The notes: generated by a model not told the origin, from the sequence alone. 64,000 nt of DNA from an uncultured Pseudodesulfovibrio sp. (GCF_963662885.2 NZ_CAXXKG010000011.1:8282-72281); one strand, 5' to 3'. Numbered from the stretch's first letter, positions 18,794 through 29,411 are shown. A program made the numbers and translations.

Positions 18794-21322
18794 ATGTCGT
18801 CATTTCCCTCTTCTGGTTCCCGGATCTCCGACTGGATACGGAAACATCTGCCCGGACTGGTGCGCAGGCTCGGGCTGCGGGGCAAACTGCTCCTGGCCCT
18901 GATGCCGTCCATTGTCTGTATTCTCCTGTTCACCGGGTGGGCCTCCTACAGGGTGTCGGACGAGTTTATCGACATCGCGCTCAGCCGGACCGTGCGCCAG
19001 AACACCATGGCCGTGGCCCACGAGATGGAGCAGTATCTGGACGGCTGCAGGACGGACTTGCTTTTCTTCGCCGGAGGACGGACCGATTCGGACAGTCTGC
19101 GCGACGCGTTCTCACGGCTCATGAAGTCTGGCGGCAAACCGTATTTTGAACTTTGCTATCTCCCGGCATCGGGCGGGGAGCCTGTGGTTCTGGTTCGACA
19201 GGACGGAACCGTCCATGCGGTTGCATCCAAGGCTCTCGACAGGGTGCGACCCAATCCTTTCGCCGAGTTGGACCGTCTTGCGACGCTGAAACCGGGGCAG
19301 GTGGTTCCCTCGGACGTGTTGGAAGTCTCCTACCCCATGCCCAACAAGGACAGCGCCAACCGCTACGCCACCGCCAATGTGGTCCGCTTTTACACTGCCT
19401 GTCCGGGCAACGGGACCGAGCCCCCCGGCCTGCTTTTTCTGTCCGTGGAGGCCTCCACGCTGCGTAATATCCTTTCCTGGTACAATTCGCGCAAATCGCC
19501 CCTCTGGGCCTACCCTCGAAGTGACGAACTCCGATTCAGTTATTTTCTCAATCATGAAGGTTGGATGCTCTTTCAGTCCGAAGACTATGACAAGCAGGGC
19601 AGCGAACTTACCACCTACCTGGCTAGAGAGGGATTCGACGGGTCGTTGGGCAAACCGGGCAATGCTGCGGCGTTCCGGCCCAACGAGAAATACACCGCGT
19701 ACTGGGATGCCGTAGCCACCATGGGCAAGGGTGAGAATGGGTTGGATCGCGTCGAGGAGACCAGCCCGCAACAGTCCGGCGTGGACTTCCACTATTTCAG
19801 CTACGCCCCGGTTCAGTTCAAGGTCGACCCGGCCGGACCGCCCTCGGTTTACGGCGGCGTGGTCTTCGTGGACCGCAGCCAGTTGCCGATCATCGCGGGC
19901 TACAAGAACATGGATGTCATGCTCTTCGTGACCATCGGCGGCATCGTGGTCATCTCCATCCTCATTTTCCTGTTCGGGCGCATCCTGACCAAGCCCATCC
20001 GCGAGCTTGCGGCGCGCATGAACACCCTCAATTCATTGGAGGAGATGGAAGAAATTCATTTGCCGTACAGCGGCTACGACATCACCGTGCTCCAGGAGTC
20101 CATCAACAACATCATCCGCCGGGTCAAACAGCAGGTGGTCGAAATCCAGGCAAAGGACGAGGCCATTCTCAACGTGAACAATCGGGAACGCGCCTCGCTG
20201 GAACACGAACGCGAGTTGTTGGTCGAAAACGAATTGAGCCGCATCCCGGAGATCGTGGGGGTTGGCTCGGCCACGGCCACCCTCAAGGTCAATATTCTCA
20301 AGGCCGCCCAGGTGGACGTGGATGTGCTCATCGCGGGCGAGACCGGTACCGGCAAGCAACTGGTGGCCGAAGCGGTGCATGCCCATTCAAGCCGTTCGGA
20401 CAAACCGTTCGTCTCCATCAACTGCGGCGCGCTGGACGAGAATCTGCTGCTCGACGCCTTGTTCGGCCATGTGAAGGGTGCCTTTTCCGAGGCCAAGGAG
20501 GACCGCAACGGCGCGTTCGTCGAGGCCGACGGCGGCATCCTTTTTCTGGACGAGGTCCAGTCCGCATCTCCCAAGGTTCAACAGTCCCTGCTGCGGGCTC
20601 TGGCCTCGCGCAAGATCAAGCCTCTGGGCAGCGATCGCGAGTTGACCGTGGACGTGCGCATATTGGCCGCCACCAACGTGGACATCCCGTCGCTTATCGA
20701 GGACAAGGTCTTTCGCGAGGACCTCTATTATCGGCTGAAAGTCATCGCCATCAACACGCCCGCCCTGCGCGAGAACCGCGAGAACATCCCGCTGTTGTCG
20801 GTATATTATCTCAAGCAGGCCGAAGCACTGGCTGGGCGCGAACATCTCGATCTGAGCAAGGGCGCTTTGGCCAAACTCGTGTCCCATGACTGGCCCGGCA
20901 ATGTCCGCGAACTGGTCAACTGCATCACCCGCGCCGCGGTCATGGCCGAAACCGATGTGATCCAGCCCGAAGAGATACGTCTGGAAAGCGATTTCCATTC
21001 CTGGTCCGCGCCGGTTCCGGTCACGGATGGTGAATCTTCCGACACCGGCACGCAGCAACCCGCGGCTCCGGATACCCCGCAGCCTGCCGTTTACGCCCCC
21101 GCGGCTCCGGATACCGACTCCGGTCTCAACCACCGTCAGAAGGAGGCCTGGGACATCATCCGCAAACAAGGAACCGTGACCCGCAAGGAGTATCAGGACC
21201 TTGTCGGCGGCAACCTGCCCACTCGTACCGCCATCTATGATCTCCAGGATTTCGTCAAACGAGGCCTTCTGGTCAAAAAAGGCAAAGGCCCCTCCACCCG
21301 CTACGAACTGACAATCGAGTAG
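18794..21322 (+). CDS. membrane-anchored sigma-54-type enhancer-binding protein: TM, Cache-like sensor, TM, AAA+ domain, winged-helix C-terminus
   Basis: ATG 18794 follows AGAGG. Walker A GETGTGKQ. Walker B ILFLDEV. The GAFTGA position reads GAFSEA (20477-20494). The C-terminus KEAWDIIRKQGTVTRKEYQDLV...RYELT looks like a wHTH rather than a Fis-type HTH. Confidence 0.85.
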   Translation: MSSFPSSGSRISDWIRKHLPGLVRRLGLRGKLLLALMPSIVCILLFTGWASYRVSDEFIDIALSRTVRQNTMAVAHEMEQYLDGCRTDLLFFAGGRTDSDSLRDAFSRLMKSGGKPYFELCYLPASGGEPVVLVRQDGTVHAVASKALDRVRPNPFAELDRLATLKPGQVVPSDVLEVSYPMPNKDSANRYATANVVRFYTACPGNGTEPPGLLFLSVEASTLRNILSWYNSRKSPLWAYPRSDELRFSYFLNHEGWMLFQSEDYDKQGSELTTYLAREGFDGSLGKPGNAAAFRPNEKYTAYWDAVATMGKGENGLDRVEETSPQQSGVDFHYFSYAPVQFKVDPAGPPSVYGGVVFVDRSQLPIIAGYKNMDVMLFVTIGGIVVISILIFLFGRILTKPIRELAARMNTLNSLEEMEEIHLPYSGYDITVLQESINNIIRRVKQQVVEIQAKDEAILNVNNRERASLEHERELLVENELSRIPEIVGVGSATATLKVNILKAAQVDVDVLIAGETGTGKQLVAEAVHAHSSRSDKPFVSINCGALDENLLLDALFGHVKGAFSEAKEDRNGAFVEADGGILFLDEVQSASPKVQQSLLRALASRKIKPLGSDRELTVDVRILAATNVDIPSLIEDKVFREDLYYRLKVIAINTPALRENRENIPLLSVYYLKQAEALAGREHLDLSKGALAKLVSHDWPGNVRELVNCITRAAVMAETDVIQPEEIRLESDFHSWSAPVPVTDGESSDTGTQQPAAPDTPQPAVYAPAAPDTDSGLNHRQKEAWDIIRKQGTVTRKEYQDLVGGNLPTRTAIYDLQDFVKRGLLVKKGKGPSTRYELTIE

Positions 21323-21393
21323 GGAGCCTCCGGTCCCCTTTCCTTTCCTTTCCTTTTCGCAGTGATTTCAGCCGCGCTTCGCGGTGCAGGACA

Positions 21394-21430
21394 CAAAAAA
21401 AGGCGGCCCCCAAAGGGGCCGCCGTATTTT
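21394..21430. terminator. bidirectional rho-independent terminator
   Basis: aaaaaaa-ggcggcccc-caaa-ggggccgcc-gtatttt, between convergent stops at 21322 and 21452. Confidence 0.8.
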
Positions 21431-21451
21431 CGCCGATCTTATGCGGAATAG

Positions 21452-22480
21452 TTATTCGGCAGCTTCTCGGGCAGCCTTCAACCAGCCGTCCCAGGTCGCC
21501 TTGTTGTTCTTGATCCATTCGTCCGCATGCTTGGCAATGTCCTTGTCAGACTTTTCGCCTTCGTTCATGCGGGTGTTCTGGGCGCTGATGTCGGCCAGGG
21601 GCAGGGTGAAGAGCTCCAGGAACTTGGCGGCTGCCGGGTTCTTTTCGAGGAACTTCTTGTTGGCCACAGCGCGGATATCGGAGACCACGAAACCGGCCTT
21701 GAGCGGATCGGAGACAGCGCCTTCGACGCCGGACACGGTCATGCGGTCCGCATTGCTGGCCTGGGCTTCAGTGGGCTTAATCTCGGGAACATTGATCCAG
21801 ACCACGTCCTTGCCGGGCTTGAACTTGAAAACAGTCCAGTTGGGCGTCCAGGTGTAGAAGAAGACCGGCTTGCCGGACTTGTATTCGCCCAGCGCCGCGG
21901 CCATACCCGCCTCATAGGAGGCCTTGACCGGGTTGATGTAGTCCTTGAGGCCGTACACTTCCATGTGGTGGGCGATGACTTTCTCGCAACCCCAGCCCGG
22001 AGGGCAGGCGGTCAGGTCGGCTTTGCCGTCACCGTTGGAGTCGAAGGCCTTCATGACCTCGGGACGCTTGAAGTCGTCCAGGGACTTGATGTTGTATTTT
22101 TCAACGTCGCGTTTGGACACCAGATACCCCTGCATGCCACCGGCCTTGGCCACGTAGCCGATGATCTGCGCCTTCTTGTCGAAGTTCTTGGGCAGCTGGG
22201 CGTTGTGCATGGGGAACCAGCCATTGGTCCAGTAGTCCACGTCGCCGAGCGTCACGGACTTGTAGAAGATGGGGTTGGTCAGGTCGCGGGGCTTTTTCAC
22301 TTCATAGCCCAGGGCTTCGAGTCCCTTGCGGACCAAGGCTTCCTGGAAGAAGCCGGTGTTCCAGGTGGCGCGCGCAGGCTGGACGGTGACGCCCTTGCCC
22401 GGCTGCATGTCCATGGCGAAGGCGGAAGATGCGATCAGGACCGCAAGCAGGGCGGTCAGCAGGAATTTCATACGTTTCAT
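21452..22480 (-). CDS. proX: glycine betaine/proline ABC transporter substrate-binding protein
   Basis: Signal peptide MKRMKFLLTALLAVLIASSAFA. ProX-like motifs (DYWTNGWFPMH, WGCE). In an operon with the permease and ATPase genes. Confidence 0.9.
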   Translation of the reverse strand: MKRMKFLLTALLAVLIASSAFAMDMQPGKGVTVQPARATWNTGFFQEALVRKGLEALGYEVKKPRDLTNPIFYKSVTLGDVDYWTNGWFPMHNAQLPKNFDKKAQIIGYVAKAGGMQGYLVSKRDVEKYNIKSLDDFKRPEVMKAFDSNGDGKADLTACPPGWGCEKVIAHHMEVYGLKDYINPVKASYEAGMAAALGEYKSGKPVFFYTWTPNWTVFKFKPGKDVVWINVPEIKPTEAQASNADRMTVSGVEGAVSDPLKAGFVVSDIRAVANKKFLEKNPAAAKFLELFTLPLADISAQNTRMNEGEKSDKDIAKHADEWIKNNKATWDGWLKAAREAAE

Positions 22481-22505
22481 GGAACCTCCTCGGATTCGAT
22501 TTCGG

Positions 22506-23336
22506 TTATTTCTTTCGGGCCATTGACTGAGTGATGCGGTCCAGAACGATGGCCATGAGCACGATGCCCAGGCCGCCGACCACGGCGCGTCCGATGTCCA
22601 GGGTGTTCAACCCGAGAATGACCGGAGAGCCGAGTCCACCCGCGCCGATGAGCGCGGCGATGACGACCATGGAAAGGGCCATCATGATGGTCTGGTTCAG
22701 ACCTGCCAGAATGGTCGGCAGGGCAAGGGGGATCTGGACCTTGATGAGTACCTGCCAGCGGGTGGCCCCGAAGGCCTGGGCCGCTTCCACCAGCTCCGGA
22801 TGGACCTGCCTGATGCCCAGGCTGGTCAAACGGGTGATGGGGGGCAGGGCGAAAATGATGGTCGCCAGCACGCCCGCCACGTTGCCCACGGAGAAAAGCA
22901 TGACGATGGGCACGAGGTAGACGAACGCGGGCGTGGTCTGCATGGCGTCGAGCACAGGCCGGAGCCCGGCCTCGAACCGGTCGCTACGGCCGGACATGAT
23001 CCCCAACGGGATGCCGATGATCGCACAGATGACCACCGAGGACAGGACCATGGCCAGGGTGATCATGGTTTCCTCCCACAGGCCGAGGAAACCGACCAGA
23101 AGCATGGAGGCCAGGGAGAACACGGCCAGCCGCTTGCCGGAGAATTTCCAGGCCAGGAAACAGACCACGACAATGACGATAAGCGGGTGCAGGGCGGAAA
23201 GGCCGTGCTCGAAGCCGCTCAAAAGATAGTCGACCGGCCATTTGAGCATCTGGAAGAATTCCCGATAGTTATCCACCAGCCATTCAACGGCCTCGGAGAC
23301 CCACGTGTCTAGGGGGATTATTGCGTCTTGAAACAT
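22506..23336 (-). CDS. proW: glycine betaine/proline ABC transporter permease
   Basis: 276-aa polytopic protein with an EAA-type loop (EAAQAFGATRWQ). 1-nt overlap with proV. Confidence 0.9.
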   Translation of the reverse strand: MFQDAIIPLDTWVSEAVEWLVDNYREFFQMLKWPVDYLLSGFEHGLSALHPLIVIVVVCFLAWKFSGKRLAVFSLASMLLVGFLGLWEETMITLAMVLSSVVICAIIGIPLGIMSGRSDRFEAGLRPVLDAMQTTPAFVYLVPIVMLFSVGNVAGVLATIIFALPPITRLTSLGIRQVHPELVEAAQAFGATRWQVLIKVQIPLALPTILAGLNQTIMMALSMVVIAALIGAGGLGSPVILGLNTLDIGRAVVGGLGIVLMAIVLDRITQSMARKK

Positions 23337-24556
23337 TATTGGTCACCTCCTTCGGAAAGGGCGACTTCGGTTTTATGCAGAATTTTGAGGAATCGGTTTT
23401 TGGAGACCACGCCGAGATAGCGGTTGTTGTCATCCACTACCGGTATGGGCCATGTGGCGGCGGCCACCTGCGGAAGGATGTCCTGCATGGAATCATCCTT
23501 GTGCACGGTAAAGGCTTCGGGCAGGTAGACCTGACTCAGCGGATTGTCGGGCAGTCCGGCTTCCAGCGCGTTGCGGATGCCCTCGGACGAGATCACGCCG
23601 AGAAAACGGCGGCGAGAGTCCACGGCGTAGGCGTATTCGAGGTCGCTGCCGCTCAGGATTTCATGGGCGATACGCAGGCTGCCTTTCTTGGTGAGCACTA
23701 TGGTTGGGTAGGAGTCGCGCACGATGTCGCCCGCGCTGATGACGCCGGTGGGGTCCACGCCCCGGAAGAAGGCACGAACGTAATCGTTGGCCGGGTTCTG
23801 AAGAATTTCGTCGGGCGTGCCGACCTGGACCACATTACCGCCCTCCATGATGGCGATTCGGTCGCCGATGCGCAGGGCTTCGTCCAGGTCATGGGAAATG
23901 AAGACGATGGTTCGCTGGTGCTCTTCCTGGAGATTGATCAATTCGTCCTGCATCTCGGTGCGGATCAGCGGATCGAGTGCCGAAAAGGCCTCGTCCATGA
24001 GCAGGATTTCCGGGTCCACGGCCAGCCCCCTGGCCAAACCGACGCGCTGCTGCATGCCGCCGGAAAGCTGTTTGGGGTACTGGTCTTCCCATCCGGCCAG
24101 GCCGACCTGGGCCAGTGCTTCGCGGGCACGCTCGTGGCGCTTTTCCTTTTCTACTCCGGCCAGTTCCAGGCCGAATGCCGCGTTGTCCAGCACTGTCTGG
24201 TGGGGCATGAGCGCGAACGACTGGAAGACCATGCTCATGTTGTGCAGCCGAAATTTGACCAGTTCCTCGTCGCTCATGGCGGTGACATCTTCGCCGTTGA
24301 CCAGGACCCGCCCGGCCGTGGGTTCGATGAGCCTGTTGAGCATGCGCACCATGGTGGACTTGCCCGAACCGGACAGGCCCATGATGACGAAAATTTCGCC
24401 GTCTTCGATGGTGAAGGAGGCATTGTTCACGCCCACCGTCATGCCGGTTTTCTCCAGCACTTCTGTTTTAGTGTGGCCCTGTTGCAGCAGCTCAAGGCCT
24501 TTTCGGGGTTTGCTCCCGAAAATTTTGTAAAGGTTTTCTACTTTGATTTGTCCCAT
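23336..24556 (-). CDS. proV: glycine betaine/proline ABC transporter ATPase with C-terminal CBS pair
   Basis: Walker A GLSGSGKST. Signature LSGGMQQR. Walker B LLMDEAFS. A CBS-like C-terminal ~120 aa. Confidence 0.93.
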   Translation of the reverse strand: MGQIKVENLYKIFGSKPRKGLELLQQGHTKTEVLEKTGMTVGVNNASFTIEDGEIFVIMGLSGSGKSTMVRMLNRLIEPTAGRVLVNGEDVTAMSDEELVKFRLHNMSMVFQSFALMPHQTVLDNAAFGLELAGVEKEKRHERAREALAQVGLAGWEDQYPKQLSGGMQQRVGLARGLAVDPEILLMDEAFSALDPLIRTEMQDELINLQEEHQRTIVFISHDLDEALRIGDRIAIMEGGNVVQVGTPDEILQNPANDYVRAFFRGVDPTGVISAGDIVRDSYPTIVLTKKGSLRIAHEILSGSDLEYAYAVDSRRRFLGVISSEGIRNALEAGLPDNPLSQVYLPEAFTVHKDDSMQDILPQVAAATWPIPVVDDNNRYLGVVSKNRFLKILHKTEVALSEGGDQ

Positions 24557-24645
24557 AGATACTCCGTTGAATGTGTCGACAGGCTCCCGCGCCGAGGGCG
24601 TGGGAACGTTGAGAAAGAAGACTTTCGAAATGGAATTAGAAGAGG

Positions 24646-24707
24646 GGAACCCTGTCGCGAAGTCCGCAGGGAGTGGTCACGCGGGGGTGACGTACGGACA
24701 GGGTTCC
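24646..24707 (-). promoter_or_regulatory. structured 5' leader element upstream of proV
   Basis: An 11-bp stem ggaaccctgtc / gacagggttcc encloses a second hairpin gtcac-N6-gtgac. 90-150 nt upstream of ATG 24556. Confidence 0.35.
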
Positions 24708-24739
24708 TTGTCCGCTATGGCATTTCGAGGTCAGTGACA

Positions 24740-25175
24740 TGTAGATCTTATCGGTGCACGTTTTTTAATGTTGTTTTACTAATAATACAGTTATCAATTG
24801 CTGCAACAAACTTTTGTATTAGAAAGGAGCAACTGTAAGAGTGGATTTATTACTGTATTATCGCTGTAAACTTTTGTTACATTTTGAAAACAACAGTTCA
24901 GGATGTGCATCAGCGAATTCCATCCAGAGACAATATCGAATTTGAACCATTATGTCAAAATTTGATTTTTTATTCGTTTTACGACGCGAATTTTTCGGAA
25001 ATAATATGAATTAACATATGGCTGAAACACTTTCACAAGACAGTATTTTAAGCCGTTCCCAAAAAACTGTCGTTGGTTGGGAATACCGAGGGTGAATGTC
25101 GCTGTAGAAATGCTATTAATACATTGTAATAAAAAATCTTATTGACGTGAACATAATGTCCTGTGCCCCTGCCCC
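24740..25175. other. ~430-bp AT-rich non-coding island
   Basis: Visibly AT-rich compared with the flanks. No ORF of 60 aa or more in any frame. Internal repeats: aaacttttgt at 24808 and 24868; aataatacagt at 24781 against actgtattat at 24852. Confidence 0.6.
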
Positions 25176-25302
25176 ATGAAGGGCTCGCAGGCAGTCTTGG
25201 CAGACCAAAAGACGAAGGGGCAGGGGAGGCTTTGTGGGAGGAGTCGCAGGGACGAGTTCTCGTCGTATCTCTCGGACCGCAGGACGAGATTCGGTCAGCC
25301 CC

Positions 25303-25345
25303 TTCTTGAAAAAAATGAAGGCCCGGCAGGAATTCCTGCCGGGCC
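25303..25345 (-). terminator. rho-independent terminator of the ars operon
   Basis: The minus strand reads ggcccggcagg-aatt-cctgccgggcc followed by ttcattttttt. Confidence 0.8.
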
Positions 25346-25370
25346 AGCCTTACGTTTGTTTATACAGTGC

Positions 25371-25481
25371 CTAAGAGAACAGGGAGAAGCGGAGTTCGCC
25401 GCTCTTTTCTACCCGGATGCATGCGGTCCAGGCGCTCAGGGGCGACCAGGACCGGATACGTTTCCACAAGTGTTTTTTCAT
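25371..25481 (-). CDS. 36-aa ORF between arsC and its terminator (speculative)
   Basis: GGAG lies 6 nt upstream of the ATG. MKKHLWKRIRSWSPLSAWTACIRVEKSGELRFSLFS. Below the track cutoff. Confidence 0.25.
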   Translation of the reverse strand: MKKHLWKRIRSWSPLSAWTACIRVEKSGELRFSLFS

Positions 25482-25491
25482 TATGTACTCC

Positions 25492-25929
<438 letters not shown>

Positions 25930-25938
25930 GGCGTGCTC

Positions 25939-27042
<1,104 letters not shown>

Positions 27043-27057
27043 CGCCGTTCCCTTTGC

Positions 27058-27408
27058 CTAGTTTGAGCAGGTTTCTTCGGTTTTGTTCGCCAGATGGTCC
27101 ATGAGCCGTTCATAATCCAGTCTCGCCTGCTCCAGGTCGGGCAGCCGCGTCCTGAGTATTTGCAGGATTTCGGACTGGAGTGCCCCGGCAGGTGTGGCCA
27201 GGGTATAGTAGACCCACTTGCCCTTGCGGCAGCTGTCCACCCACCCCCCATTGCGGAGGAAGGACATGTGCCGGGAGACCGTGGATTGAGGCAGGTCGAG
27301 GGCGGCCATCAGGTCGCAAACGCACAGCTCACCATGATCCAGCAGCCGCAGCACCCTCAGCCGGGTGGGCTCGCCGAGCCCCTTGAGTCGTAACGCGAGT
27401 TGTTCCAT
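27058..27408 (-). CDS. arsR: ArsR/SmtB-family metalloregulator
   Basis: ELCVCDL As(III)-binding motif and the HTH QSTVSRHMSFL. Confidence 0.92.
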   Translation of the reverse strand: MEQLALRLKGLGEPTRLRVLRLLDHGELCVCDLMAALDLPQSTVSRHMSFLRNGGWVDSCRKGKWVYYTLATPAGALQSEILQILRTRLPDLEQARLDYERLMDHLANKTEETCSN

Positions 27409-27418
27409 GAGGAGATAA

Positions 27419-27438
27419 ATATTCGCTTATGCGGATAT
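27419..27438. promoter_or_regulatory. imperfect inverted repeat, candidate ArsR operator
   Basis: ATATTCGC-ttat-GCGGATAT immediately upstream of the arsR ATG. Confidence 0.25.
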
Positions 27439-27675
27439 GTCAATGGCAATTGGGTGACGATTTTGTGCCGGGCCCATGAAACGCGTCGGTGGAATTTCCG
27501 CTGAAATGTCTGTATACGATGTCTGAAACCGAGGCGCGAGCCGCCCGGAACAGGCGCTGGCCGAAAAACAACTGGCTACGAGCCCTGGATGATGATTGAA
27601 TGCAAAACCGGCCGAGCGGCCGGAACAAAGTATGACAATACCGATCGCCCGGTAAACGGGCAGGGAGGAATACAC

Positions 27676-29034
27676 ATGAAGCCGATTTCGCGGGAAGTGT
27701 TCAGGACCTATGACATTCGCGGCCTGGTGGACAAGGATTTCGACGAAGAGTGGGTCGAGCGGCTTGGCCGTGCCTGCGGCCAGTATTTTTTGGAGAACGG
27801 TTCCAATACCGCCGTGGTCGGACATGACTGCCGCCACTCTTCGCCCGGCTACGCCAAAGCTCTGGTGCGCGGACTGAACGCGACCGGGGTGGACGTCGTC
27901 ACCATAGGCCAGGTTTCGTCTCCGGCCTTCTATTGGTCCGTGACCAAACTCGGCGAAACCGCAGGCGTCATGATCACCGCCAGCCACAACCCCTCTGAAT
28001 ACAACGGGTTCAAAGTCTGGCAGGGCATCAGCACCATCCACTCCGATGAAATTCAGGACGTCTTCGCACTCATGGAAAAGGGCGAGTTCCCTGAAGGGCA
28101 GGGGACCGCGCGGCATGAGGACATGCTCGGCAAATACGTGGCCGAACTGTCCGGTGACGTGACCCTGGCCAAGCCGATCAAGGTCGTTGTGGACGGCGGC
28201 AACGGCACGGGCGGGACGCTCACCGCAGACGCCCTGGAAAAGGCCGGAGCCGAGGTGATCCGCATCTACTGCGAGCCGGACGGCGATTTCCCCAACCATC
28301 ACCCTGATCCGGTGGTGGAGAAGAACATGGTCGCTCTGCAGGAGGCCGTGCTCAAGGAAAAGGCGGACATCGGCATCGGCCTGGACGGCGATGGCGATCG
28401 CATAGGCGTGGTCACGGAAAAGGGCGAGCTGCTCTTCGGCGACCAGTTGGTGGCCATCTATGCCCGCGACATCCTCAAGGCCTTCCCCGGCGCGGCGATC
28501 ATCGGCGAGGTCAAGTGCTCCCACCTCATGTATGACGATATTCGCGCCCATGGCGGCGATGCGGTCATGTGGAAGACCGGCCATTCCCTGATCAAGGCGC
28601 GCATGCGCGAGATCGGGGCCAAGTTCGCTGGCGAGATGTCCGGCCACATGTTCTTCGCCGACCGTTACTACGGTTTCGACGACGCCACCTACGCCGCCCT
28701 GCGCATGGTCGAGATTCTTTCCAAGTCCGACAAGCCCATGAGCGAGCAGCTCAACTGGCCCAAGACATGGTCCACTCCGGAAATCCGCGTGGATTGCCCG
28801 GAGAACATGAAGGAACGCGTGGTCGGCAAGGCCGTGGATTACTTCAGCTCCAAGTTCGACGCCATCGACATCGACGGCGTGCGCGCCGTGTTCCCTGACG
28901 GCTGGGGCCTCATCCGCGCCTCCAACACCCAGCCCGTCCTGGTCCTGCGTTTCGAAGCCGAAACCCCGGAGCGTCTCGACGAAATCCGGTCCATGTTCGA
29001 AGAAAAACTCAAGACCTGGATTGCCGAAGGCTAA
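27676..29034 (+). CDS. phosphomannomutase/phosphoglucomutase
   Basis: ATG 27676 follows GGGAGG. Active-site TASHNPSEYNGFK. Metal loop GLDGDGDR. Sugar loop GEMSGH. Confidence 0.93.
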   Translation: MKPISREVFRTYDIRGLVDKDFDEEWVERLGRACGQYFLENGSNTAVVGHDCRHSSPGYAKALVRGLNATGVDVVTIGQVSSPAFYWSVTKLGETAGVMITASHNPSEYNGFKVWQGISTIHSDEIQDVFALMEKGEFPEGQGTARHEDMLGKYVAELSGDVTLAKPIKVVVDGGNGTGGTLTADALEKAGAEVIRIYCEPDGDFPNHHPDPVVEKNMVALQEAVLKEKADIGIGLDGDGDRIGVVTEKGELLFGDQLVAIYARDILKAFPGAAIIGEVKCSHLMYDDIRAHGGDAVMWKTGHSLIKARMREIGAKFAGEMSGHMFFADRYYGFDDATYAALRMVEILSKSDKPMSEQLNWPKTWSTPEIRVDCPENMKERVVGKAVDYFSSKFDAIDIDGVRAVFPDGWGLIRASNTQPVLVLRFEAETPERLDEIRSMFEEKLKTWIAEG

Positions 29035-29055
29035 CCGTAGCGGCACATATCAGTA

Positions 29056-29093
29056 AAAAGGGCGCGGGCTATCAGGTCCGCGCCCTTTTGTTG
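29056..29093 (+). terminator. rho-independent terminator
   Basis: aaaagggcgcgg / ccgcgccctttt 12-bp stem followed by gttg. Confidence 0.8.
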
Positions 29094-29106
29094 TCGCCTC
29101 CGGCGG

Positions 29107-29165
29107 CCGGGGGAAGGGGGAAAGGGAACCCTTTGAAAAGGGCTTCCCTTTCCCCCTTCCCCCGG
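29107..29165. repeat. 59-nt near-perfect purine/pyrimidine hairpin
   Basis: The 22-nt arm ccgggggaagggggaaagggaa and its exact complement ttccctttcccccttcccccgg flank an inner stem cccttt...aaaggg. Confidence 0.85.
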
Positions 29166-29380
29166 ACCCCCATCCCCCTTTTCCTCCTAAACTTCATATT
29201 GCCGCTTCGCGGGGGAGGTCGCAAAAAAGCCTTTGACTCGACAATGAGTCGAAGGCCTTGCCATTTCTCTTAATGGAGCGAATCGGGTGCGCGAACAGCG
29301 GCTCTTTTACCTCTCTAGCACAAGGCTTTCGAGAGCCGGAAAAAATGTGCAGATGGCCCGCTCTCGGAAGCCGCTCAAAT

Positions 29381-29411
29381 AGAAAAGGCCGACACCAGAG
29401 GTGCCGGCCTT
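29381..29411 (-). terminator. terminator of the molybdopterin oxidoreductase gene
   Basis: The minus strand reads aaggccggcacc-tct-ggtgtcggcctt (one mismatch) followed by ttct. Confidence 0.6.

Noticed and set aside
21337-21356. (CCTTT)x4 pentanucleotide repeat after the activator gene.
   Set aside because: It is short and intergenic, just before a terminator. There is no evidence for phase-variable function.
24778-24790. The 13-mer ctaataatacagt is shared between the proV-upstream AT island and the nifH upstream region (44935-44947).
   Set aside because: A single 13-nt match between two AT-rich intergenic stretches in a 64-kb window is within chance expectation. The flanking sequence shows no further similarity, and no palindromic partner is shared.
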